Below, piece by piece: positions 24,925-32,000 of a stretch of DNA of 32,000 nt. Source of the stretch: Pseudodesulfovibrio mercurii (lineage in GTDB: Bacteria; Desulfobacterota; Desulfovibrionia; Desulfovibrionales; Desulfovibrionaceae); the NCBI RefSeq assembly GCF_000189295.2, contig NC_016803.1:2130001-2162000 (forward strand), given 5' to 3'. The notes beneath the pieces were generated by a model. The model saw only the letters and a list, made by a program, of their open reading frames with translations, was not told where the DNA came from and did not search any database. A program made the translations under genes and the position numbers. The first letter of the stretch is position 1. The number at the start of each line of letters is the position of its first letter.

Positions 24925-25131
24925 GAAAGGCCCCCTCGCGTGCGGCGGGCGCACCGAAAGACGGCGGGCGAAATGCGCGACCGGCGACCGGCGGCGCGTG
25001 TCCGGGCAGGGGAAAGAGATCGCTTCGGGAACATGGTCCGCACCCCGAAGCAGCCGAGAGCATTTCAGATATAGACGGTCCCGACGGGCAAACGCAAGAC
25101 TTTTCCCCAAAAATCCGCTACACCTCTGCCC

Positions 25132-25308
25132 ATGAGCCTGCTCCTCAAACTGATCATCATCCTCGGCCTGATCTTTCTGATCGTCAGCCAATTCACCCGG
25201 TCCAAACAACAGCGCGTGGCGCGTCGCGACCGGCTGACCAACATCCTGCTCATCGTGGTCATCGTCATGCTCGGGCTGTCCATCCTGACCAACTTCCTGC
25301 GCCACTGA
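25132..25308 (+). CDS. 58-aa two-TM small membrane protein (not in the supplied ORF track)
   Basis: My own translation is MSLLLKLIIILGLIFLIVSQFTRSKQQRVARRDRLTNILLIVVIVMLGLSILTNFLRH. It has two hydrophobic helices separated by a basic loop. The stop lies 3 nt before the radical SAM ATG. No clear SD. Confidence 0.45.
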   Translation: MSLLLKLIIILGLIFLIVSQFTRSKQQRVARRDRLTNILLIVVIVMLGLSILTNFLRH

Positions 25309-25311
25309 TCC

Positions 25312-26700
25312 ATGACCCGGCCCGCTTTCCCGCACATCCCCTGGTCGAGCCTCCCCGGCCGGGAGAACGGCCCGCGCGTGCTCGGCGTCAACCCGTGGAT
25401 CACCGACTTCGCGGCCTTCAACGTCTGGTCGCGGCCCGCCGGGCTGCTCGCCTGTCTGGACATGCTCCGCGCCGCCGGGGCCTCGGTGGCCCTCCTGGAC
25501 TGCCTGGACCCCACCTGGGAGGCCGCCCCCGACCTCGGCCTGAAGTGGCCGCGTCCCGGCAAATACGGCACCGGCCACTACCCCAAGGAGGAGATCGAGC
25601 CGCCCGCGCCGCTGGCCTTCATGGACCGCCGCTACTCGCGCTACGGCCTGCCCCGCGAGCGGGTCGCCGAGGCCCTGGCCGCCCTCGATCCCGCCCCGGA
25701 CGCCGTGCTGGTCACGACCATCATGACCTACTGGTACCCCGGCGCGCTGGACGTCCTGGACCTCTGCGCCGAGCTGTGGCCCGACGTCCCCCGCCTCCTC
25801 GGCGGCACCTACGCCACCCTGTGCGGGGAACACGCCGCGCGCCACGCCGACGCCCATCTCATGGCCGGCCCGCTGGAGACCCCGGAGAACTGGTCGCGCC
25901 TGTCCTGGTTGATTGATTTCGATGCCCCGCAACCATCCGGCAACGCAGGGCTTTCATTGGCTCTCGACCTCTACGCCGACCCGCCTTATTCCATCCTGCT
26001 CGGCTCGCGCGGCTGTCCCTTCCACTGCGAGTACTGCGCAAGCCACGCCCTGTATCCGCGCTTCCGGCAGGGCACGGCCGACGCGGTCATGAAATCCATA
26101 CAATCCGAGCACGGCCGGGGCGTGCGCGACTTCGCCTTTTACGACGACGCCCTGCTCATCAACCCGGACCGCTGGCTCTGGCCGGTCCTGGACCGGATCA
26201 CCGCAGCAGACCTGGGCCTGCGCCTGCACACGCCCAACGCCATGCACGTGCGCCACCTGACCCCCGAGGTCTGCGCCCGCCTCAAGGCGGCGGGACTGAC
26301 CACGGTCCGCCTGGGGCTGGAGACCACGGACTTCGACCACCGCCACGACGTCAAGCTGACCCGCGAGCAATGGGAGGCCGGGGCGAGAAACCTTGTCTCG
26401 GCGGGGTTCGAGCTGGACGACATCGGGGTGTACATCCTGTTCGGCCTGCCCGGACAGGACCTCGGCAACGTGGAGCGGGCGGTCGCCCACGTGCGCGGCT
26501 ACGGGTTCCGCCCGCACCTGGCGCACTACACCCCCATTCCGGGGTCGCCCATGTTCGGCGCGGCCTGCGCGGCCAGTCCGTACCCCCTGGCCGGGGAGCC
26601 GCTCTTCCAGAACAACTCCATCTGGCCCTGCGTGCCGGGAGGGTTCAACTGGGACGAGGCCCGGCGCTGGAAATTACTGTTGCACGGCCAGCAGGGGTAG
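25312..26700 (+). CDS. B12-binding-domain radical SAM protein (class B rSAM), substrate unknown
   Basis: N-terminal Rossmann-like cobalamin-binding-type region (VLGVNPWITDF...VALLDCLD). CxxxCxxC cluster GCPFHCEYC, followed by TIM-barrel-like segments (FYDDAL, RLGLET, ILFGLPGQ). Confidence 0.8.
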   Translation: MTRPAFPHIPWSSLPGRENGPRVLGVNPWITDFAAFNVWSRPAGLLACLDMLRAAGASVALLDCLDPTWEAAPDLGLKWPRPGKYGTGHYPKEEIEPPAPLAFMDRRYSRYGLPRERVAEALAALDPAPDAVLVTTIMTYWYPGALDVLDLCAELWPDVPRLLGGTYATLCGEHAARHADAHLMAGPLETPENWSRLSWLIDFDAPQPSGNAGLSLALDLYADPPYSILLGSRGCPFHCEYCASHALYPRFRQGTADAVMKSIQSEHGRGVRDFAFYDDALLINPDRWLWPVLDRITAADLGLRLHTPNAMHVRHLTPEVCARLKAAGLTTVRLGLETTDFDHRHDVKLTREQWEAGARNLVSAGFELDDIGVYILFGLPGQDLGNVERAVAHVRGYGFRPHLAHYTPIPGSPMFGAACAASPYPLAGEPLFQNNSIWPCVPGGFNWDEARRWKLLLHGQQG

Positions 26701-27231
26701 GTTCGATTCCCTTTCTTGGCGGCGGGAGGAAGGAATAGCTCATTGGGATTGTCCGCGCATCCGCGACCGGACTTTGGGTTGTCATCCTTACTAGGTATTT
26801 CGCCTTTACGGCGACTTCCTTTTTTGCCGGCGCAGAAAAAAGGAAGCAAAAACTGCGCTGTGGTGCGAGCGCCCGGCAGCGGACCCTAGAGCCCGTAGGC
26901 GGCTCCCGCCGGTTTGATGGAATGGCTGCTCCGCAGACGCAATCAATGCTGCGCTCCCGCCGCCGAACACGGGCTCCAGGGTCCGCCGCCGACTACCGCT
27001 CTTCGGGTGTTGGGAATGGCCGTCGCGGCTGGCCGGGTACGAAGAGGATGGGACGCGGGCGTCGGCCGCGCGGCGGGGGTGTGATGGGTTGCCTGGCGGC
27101 GGGGCTGGGAGGAGCGCGATTGGGGTGATCCGCGCTTGCGCGGCGGTGGGTGGGGTGGATAGGATGGGGGCGGGCGGCCGGACCCGCGAAGTCCCGATGA
27201 ACAATTACTGCCGCCGGAGGCGTTGGTTCGT

Positions 27232-28506
27232 ATGGCCTGTTATGCGTTGGTGGATTGCAACAATTTCTACGCCTCGTGCGAGCGGGCGTTCCGGCCGGAG
27301 CTGAACGGGCGGCCGGTGGTGGTCCTGTCCAACAACGACGGGTGCATCATCGCGCGGTCCGGGGAGGCCAAGGCCTTGGGCATCGACATGGGCACGCCCT
27401 ATTTCAAGTGCCGGGCCCTGCTCGAACGGCACGGGGTGGCCGTGTTCTCGTCCAACTACGCCCTGTACGGGGACATGTCCGCCCGGGTCATGCGCATCCT
27501 GACGCGGTTCTGCCCGGCCGTGGAGGTCTACTCCATCGACGAGGCGTTCTGCGACCTGAGCGGCGTGCCGGGCGGGGCCGAGGCCTACGGGCGGCGGCTG
27601 CGGGCCACGGTGCTCGCCTGGACCGGCATCCCGGTGTCCGTGGGCATCGCCCGGACCAAGACCCTGGCCAAGCTGGCCAACCGGTTCGCCAAGAAACAGG
27701 ACCGCAGCCGGGGCGTGTTCGACCTGACCACCAGCCCGGACCCGGACCGGGTGCTGCGCTGGACCGACATCGGCGACGTCTGGGGCATCGGCCCGCGCCA
27801 CGCCAAACGGCTGCGCGCCATGGGCGTGACCAACGCCCTCCAATTCCGGGAGCTCGACCGCGACTGGGTCAAAAAAAAGATGACCGTCAGCGGCCTGCAC
27901 ACCCTGCTCGAACTGCGCGGCCTGCCCTGCCACGACTTCGCCTCCGGCCCGGCCGACAAGAAGACCATCGTCTCCTCGCGCTCCTTCGGCCACCCGGTCA
28001 CGCGCCTGGACCACATGCTCGAGGCCACCGCCCAGTACACCACCCGGGCCGCCGAAAAACTGCGCAAGCAGCAGTCCGTGGCCTCCGCCATCCTCGTCTA
28101 CCTGCAAACCAACTCCTTCAGACTCGGCCAGCCGCAATACGCCAACACCCTGTCCGTCCCCCTGGCCGTGGCCACCAACCATACCCCCACCCTCATCCGC
28201 GCCGCCCAGACCGCCATGGAACGCATCTTCAAACCCGGCTACCAGTACAAGAAATGCGGCGTCATGCTCTCCGGACTCGAACCCGAACACGGCCGCTGGC
28301 TCAACCTCCTCGCCCTGCCCCCCGACCACCGCCCCGGCGACGCCCCGCTCATGCGCGCCGTGGACCGCGTCAACCACCGCTGGGGCCGCGACACCGTCGC
28401 CTTCGCCGCCTCCGGCATTACCCGCGACTGGCGCATGAAGCGCGACATGCGCTCCCCGCGATACACCACCGTCTGGGAAGAGATATTGCAGGTGCGGGCC
28501 AAGTAG
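27232..28506 (+). CDS. umuC: Y-family translesion DNA polymerase, UmuC-type (Pol V catalytic subunit-like)
   Basis: ALVDCNNFYASCERAFRPEL, VVVLSNNDGCIIARS, YSIDEAF, GIARTKTLAKLAN and VWGIGPR motifs run collinear with UmuC/MucB/RumB proteins. ATG 27232 is preferred to the ORF-track TTG at 27223. Confidence 0.9.
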   Translation: MACYALVDCNNFYASCERAFRPELNGRPVVVLSNNDGCIIARSGEAKALGIDMGTPYFKCRALLERHGVAVFSSNYALYGDMSARVMRILTRFCPAVEVYSIDEAFCDLSGVPGGAEAYGRRLRATVLAWTGIPVSVGIARTKTLAKLANRFAKKQDRSRGVFDLTTSPDPDRVLRWTDIGDVWGIGPRHAKRLRAMGVTNALQFRELDRDWVKKKMTVSGLHTLLELRGLPCHDFASGPADKKTIVSSRSFGHPVTRLDHMLEATAQYTTRAAEKLRKQQSVASAILVYLQTNSFRLGQPQYANTLSVPLAVATNHTPTLIRAAQTAMERIFKPGYQYKKCGVMLSGLEPEHGRWLNLLALPPDHRPGDAPLMRAVDRVNHRWGRDTVAFAASGITRDWRMKRDMRSPRYTTVWEEILQVRAK

Positions 28507-28579
28507 CGAGGCGAGGGCAAGGCGGCATGGCGAAGGGGGAAGACGATTGCCCGTAATGCATGGGCCGGGCGTGAATGAA

Positions 28580-28616
28580 AATGGCCAGGGCCGCACATTG
28601 TGCAACCCTGGCCATT
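28580..28616 (-). terminator. Rho-independent terminator after the Met-rich protein gene
   Basis: 11-bp stem AATGGCCAGGG (28580-28590) with CCCTGGCCATT (28606-28616). On the minus strand the stem runs into TTTTCATTC. It lies 20 nt downstream of the stop at 28637. Confidence 0.55.
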
Positions 28617-28636
28617 CGGCTTGAAGGCCGCCGGGG

Positions 28637-29086
28637 TTACATGGCGCTCTTCATCTTTGCCGTGGTCTTCTCCATCTTGTTGATGCCGTCCATCATCATG
28701 GGGATGCCCTTGTCGGCGTCCTTTTTGGCCACACCCATTCCCTTCATGGTGATCATCATCTCCTTGTCCAGCTGCTTCAGGAGCGCATCCATCTTGCTGT
28801 TTTGGCTCATCTTGGCGTGGGCCTCAACGCCCGCCATGCCGTGGTGCATGTCGGTCATGTGCGTGTTCATGGCCCCCATGGCCGCATCGCGCCGGGTTTC
28901 ATCCTTCATGGTTTCCACGTCCTGCTTCATCAGGGCCAGGTTGTCCTCCATGACCTTGATGCTCTGCTGAACGGTCATGTCGCCTGCCTTCATGTCGCCG
29001 TGATCCATGCCCTGCATGGCGAAGGCCATGCCGGAAACGAGCAGGGTCAGGGCCAGGGTCAGGGTCAGGGTGGTCAATTTCTTCAT
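28637..29086 (-). CDS. Secreted Met/His-rich protein, putative periplasmic Cu(I)/Ag(I)-binding accessory protein
   Basis: Signal peptide (LTLALTLLVSGMAFA). 26 Met in 149 aa by my count, plus His pairs (MDHGDM, THMTDMHHGM). AAGGAG SD. It lies 24 nt downstream of the cusA-like gene. Confidence 0.6.
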   Translation of the reverse strand: MKKLTTLTLTLALTLLVSGMAFAMQGMDHGDMKAGDMTVQQSIKVMEDNLALMKQDVETMKDETRRDAAMGAMNTHMTDMHHGMAGVEAHAKMSQNSKMDALLKQLDKEMMITMKGMGVAKKDADKGIPMMMDGINKMEKTTAKMKSAM

Positions 29087-29110
29087 CGGTAATCTCCTTT
29101 GTTTGTATGG

Positions 29111-32000
29111 TCATTCATTGTCGGATCCGGGGATGCCGAACTTTTGGGCGTGGCGGAATTTGATCTCCTCCACGAGGCAGTACAGCGTGGGCACGACGAA
29201 CACCGTCAGGATGGCGATGGTCATGCCGCCGAAAGAGGGGATGGCCATGGGCACCATGATGTCCGCCCCCCTGCCGGTGGAGGTCAGGACCGGGATAAGG
29301 GCGAGGATGGTGGTGGCCGAGGTCATCAGGGCCGGACGGATACGCCGTTTGGCCCCTTCGAGGATGGCCTTGCGGATGGCCGGGATGCTGCTCATGTCGC
29401 GGGTTCCTCGGCTCTCGTCGAGGTAGGTCGCCATGATGACGCCGTCGTCGGAGGCGATGCCGAACAGGGCCAGGAAGCCCACCCAGATGGCCACGCTCAG
29501 GTTGATCTGGTGCACCTGGAAGAGGTCGCGCATGTGGGTGCCGAAGACGCTGAAGTTCAGGAACCAGTCCTGTCCGTAGAGCCAGATCATGAGGAACCCG
29601 CCGGACCAGGCCACGATGATGCCCGAGAAGACCATCAGGGTCGTGGCGATGGACTTGAACTGCAGATAGAGGATGACCACGATGACCATGAGGGCCAGCG
29701 GCAGGATGACCGCCAGTTTCTTCTGCGCCCGGATCTGGTTCTCGTAGTTGCCCGCGAACTCGTAGGACACGCCGCTCGGCACCGTCAGTTCGCCCGAGTC
29801 TGTCTTGCTGTCGATGTACGCCCTGGCGTGCTCCACCACGTCGACCTCGGCGAATCCGGGCTTCTTGTCGAAGAGCACGTAGCCGATGAGGAAGGTGTCC
29901 TCGCTCTTGATGACCTGCGGACCGCGCACGTAACGCAGTTCGGCCAGCTGTTTGAGCGGAATCTGTTCCCCGGACGGTGCGGCCACCAGGATGTTTTCCA
30001 GCCCCTCCATGGTGTCGCGCAGTTCGCGCAGGTAGCGCACGCGCATGGGATACCGCTCGCGGCCTTCGATCGTGGTGGACAGCATCTTGCCGCCCACGGC
30101 CACCTCGATGACGTTCTGCACCTTTTGCAGCTTGATGCCGTATCGGGCGATGGCCTCGCGGTCGATCACGATCTCCAGGTACGGCTTGCCCACGATGCGG
30201 TCGGCAACCACGGCCGCGGGCTGAATGGAGGGAACCTCCTTGAGGAGCTGCTCCAGCTGCATGCCGAACCGCTCGATGGTCGGCAGGTCCGGTCCCTTGA
30301 CCTTGATGCCCATGGGGGCGCGCATGCCCGACTGGAGCATGACGATGCGTGCGGCAATGGGCTGAAGCTTGGGCGCGGACGTCGTGCCCGGAATCTCGGC
30401 GGCGTGGGCTATCTCGTCCCAGATGTCGTCCGGGTTGCGGATGCCCGGCCATGCGCTTCTGCCGGGGTTCAGGTCCGGGTCGAGCGGTGAGCGCCATTGC
30501 CGGAAGGGCTTGCCGCCCTGATCGGGGATCAGCTTGCCGTGCCCGTCGCGGGGATAGAGTCCCTGAACGAGGTAGGACAGCCCGTCGCCCGCGGGCAGAG
30601 GCTTGCCGTCGCTGGAGCGGAAGTAGTCCTTCCGGGTCTCGTCGAACCGGAACCGGAGTCGTTTGCCGGACTCGTCGGTGATGTATTCCGGTTTGTAGTT
30701 GATGACCGTCTCGATCATGGAGACCGGAGCCGGGTCGAGCGGGGTTTCCGCGCGGCCGAGCTTGCCCACGGCGCTCTCCACCTCCGGGATGTTCAGCATG
30801 GCCATGTCCTGTTTGGACAGGACGTCCTGCACTTCGCCGATGGAGGCGTGAGGCATGGTGGTCGGCATGTAGAGGAACGAGCCTTCATCCAGGGGCGGCA
30901 TGAACTCCTTGCCCAGGCCGGGGAAGGCATGCATGAGCCCGCTGACGGCGCCGGACGCCCGGATGGAATCCGGCAGCCAGGAGGTCATGGCGCCGCCGCC
31001 GAACCAGACCAGCCCGCCGAAGAGGATGACGGTAGCCGGGAGCGCCATGAAGGCCGCCTTGTGGTCCAGCACCCAACTCAGCATGGAGCTGTATCCGCGC
31101 TGGAACATCTGGAAGAAGAACATCAGCCCGCCGAGGAGCGCCGAGACGAAGATGATGTTGCGCAGGTCGCCCTTTTCCGGCCCCAGGGGCAGCCAGTGGG
31201 AGGCCAGGAAGATGGTCACCAGGGCGATGACGCCCCAGTTCTCGGCCTTGGCCCAGATGTTTTCCATTCCGGCGGGCAGGCGGTGCCCGAAGAACCGGCG
31301 CAGGCCGAGCGCGATCAGGAGCAGGCCGACCCACCACTTGATGAAGACGCACGCGGCCACGCCGCCCGCGATGTAGAGCACGTCGACAAGGTGGCCGGAA
31401 ATCCGCTTTTTGGCGTTTGTGTCCTTTCGCCGATAGATGAGGTGTGCGATGGCCGGGAGCACGGTCAGGGCCACGATGATGGAGGCGATGAGCGCGAAGC
31501 TCTTGGTATAGGCAAGGGGTTTGAACAGCTTGCCCTCCGGCCCCTCCATGGCGAAGACGGGCAGGAAGCTGACGATGGTCGTGGCCACCGCCGTCATGAT
31601 GGCGCTGCCCACCTCGGATGCGCCTTCGAAGATCACCTTCAGCCGACTTTCATCCTGGGAGGCGGTCTCGAATTTCTTGAGGATGTTCTCGCAGATGATG
31701 ATGCCCATATCGACCATGGTGCCGATGGCGATGGCGATGCCGGACAGGGCCACGATGTTGGCGTCCACCTTGAACAGCTTCATGCCGATGAAGACCATCA
31801 TGACCGCCAGGGGGAGCAGCGAGGAGATGAGCAGCGAGCTGCGCAGGTGCATGACCGCGATGAGCACGACGATGATGGTGATGAGGATTTCCTCGGTCAG
31901 GGCCGTGTTCAGGGTCCCGAGCGTCTCGTTGATCAGTCCGGAGCGATCGTAGAACGGGACGATGGTCACCTTGGAGACCGTGCCGTCCGGCAAGACCTTC
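29111..32000 (-). CDS. cusA: CusA/CzcA-family heavy-metal RND efflux pump, long form (partial: N-terminus lies beyond the window end)
   Basis: 960 aa are visible, collinear with E. coli CusA from about its TM2 region onward (VPFYDRS...GIAIAIGTMVDMGIIICEN...RIRPALMTSATTILALIPVL). The reading frame stays open to position 32000. Confidence 0.9.
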   Translation of the reverse strand, partial: KVLPDGTVSKVTIVPFYDRSGLINETLGTLNTALTEEILITIIVVLIAVMHLRSSLLISSLLPLAVMMVFIGMKLFKVDANIVALSGIAIAIGTMVDMGIIICENILKKFETASQDESRLKVIFEGASEVGSAIMTAVATTIVSFLPVFAMEGPEGKLFKPLAYTKSFALIASIIVALTVLPAIAHLIYRRKDTNAKKRISGHLVDVLYIAGGVAACVFIKWWVGLLLIALGLRRFFGHRLPAGMENIWAKAENWGVIALVTIFLASHWLPLGPEKGDLRNIIFVSALLGGLMFFFQMFQRGYSSMLSWVLDHKAAFMALPATVILFGGLVWFGGGAMTSWLPDSIRASGAVSGLMHAFPGLGKEFMPPLDEGSFLYMPTTMPHASIGEVQDVLSKQDMAMLNIPEVESAVGKLGRAETPLDPAPVSMIETVINYKPEYITDESGKRLRFRFDETRKDYFRSSDGKPLPAGDGLSYLVQGLYPRDGHGKLIPDQGGKPFRQWRSPLDPDLNPGRSAWPGIRNPDDIWDEIAHAAEIPGTTSAPKLQPIAARIVMLQSGMRAPMGIKVKGPDLPTIERFGMQLEQLLKEVPSIQPAAVVADRIVGKPYLEIVIDREAIARYGIKLQKVQNVIEVAVGGKMLSTTIEGRERYPMRVRYLRELRDTMEGLENILVAAPSGEQIPLKQLAELRYVRGPQVIKSEDTFLIGYVLFDKKPGFAEVDVVEHARAYIDSKTDSGELTVPSGVSYEFAGNYENQIRAQKKLAVILPLALMVIVVILYLQFKSIATTLMVFSGIIVAWSGGFLMIWLYGQDWFLNFSVFGTHMRDLFQVHQINLSVAIWVGFLALFGIASDDGVIMATYLDESRGTRDMSSIPAIRKAILEGAKRRIRPALMTSATTILALIPVLTSTGRGADIMVPMAIPSFGGMTIAILTVFVVPTLYCLVEEIKFRHAQKFGIPGSDNE

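Noticed and set aside
25093-25108. A sigma-54-like -24/-12 element on the minus strand (gGGgaa-aagtc-TTGCg), about 170 nt upstream of the tandem-module gene start at 24924.
   Set aside because: Only the GG and TTGC cores match at correct spacing, and the rest of the TGGCAC hexamer is absent. In GC-rich DNA such partial matches are common. No upstream activator-type dyads were evident.
26697-26725. A tRNA T-loop-like string, GGTTCGATTCC, lies at the stop codon of the radical SAM gene, followed by CTTTCTTGGCGG. It could be a tRNA 3'-end fragment marking an old integration site at the border of the umuC/cus segment.
   Set aside because: The flanks do not form a T-stem (GTAGG versus CCCTT pairs at only 2-3 positions). 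There is no acceptor, D or anticodon arm upstream, no CCA, and no second copy of the string in the window. It is worth a genome-wide check against real tRNA 3' ends, but it is not supportable from this window.
27148-27177. A G-quadruplex-forming tract (GGGTGGGGTGGATAGGATGGGGGCGGG) upstream of umuC.
   Set aside because: One loop would be about 10 nt, longer than the canonical 7. G-runs are frequent in DNA of this composition. I noted it within the non-coding-region finding but did not call it as a feature.
27180-27260. A LexA/SOS box in front of umuC.
   Set aside because: No CTGT-N8-ACAG, GTTC-N7-GTTC or GGTT-N2-C-N4-G-N3-ACC-type match. Only fragments such as GTTCGTATGGCCTGTT occur, and they fail the second half-site.

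Overview
Visibly GC-rich (by eye about two-thirds G+C) bacterial chromosomal segment. The gene content (NtrC-type sigma-54 regulator, HD-GYP, HDOD, CheD, IHF-like protein, B12-type radical SAM) suggests a Desulfovibrionales-like deltaproteobacterium, which is inference only. About 30 protein genes are supportable. I saw no rRNA, tRNA, CRISPR, transposase or integrase. The left third is housekeeping: IHF/HU, HIT, NeuD-type acetyltransferase, fabD, aroE, cyclophilin and a TPR-AMIN-amidase. Five things stand out. (1) There are three copies of a ~130-nt deeply hairpinned repeat (8532-8657 inverted, 8794-8926, 11266-11394). The central stem differs at many positions between copies but remains complementary in every copy. 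(2) A 1005-aa MrfA/YprA-like helicase (DEAD-box plus four-Cys MZB/DUF1998) is fused to a DEDD-type exonuclease and interrupted in frame by a low-GC ~120-nt nested palindrome. (3) A 4.8-kb cluster (20154-24924) encodes four uncharacterised membrane proteins built from shuffled shared modules, including a ~150-aa domain present four times. The cluster is arranged around a secreted ankyrin-repeat protein. (4) A 58-aa two-TM ORF absent from the ORF track lies 3 nt upstream of a B12-binding radical SAM gene. (5) An orphan umuC is preceded by ~530 bp of structured non-coding DNA. It sits next to a partial long-form cusA-like RND pump that is followed by a 17%-Met periplasmic protein. Many long ORFs in the track are antisense or N-terminal-extension artefacts of high GC and were rejected.
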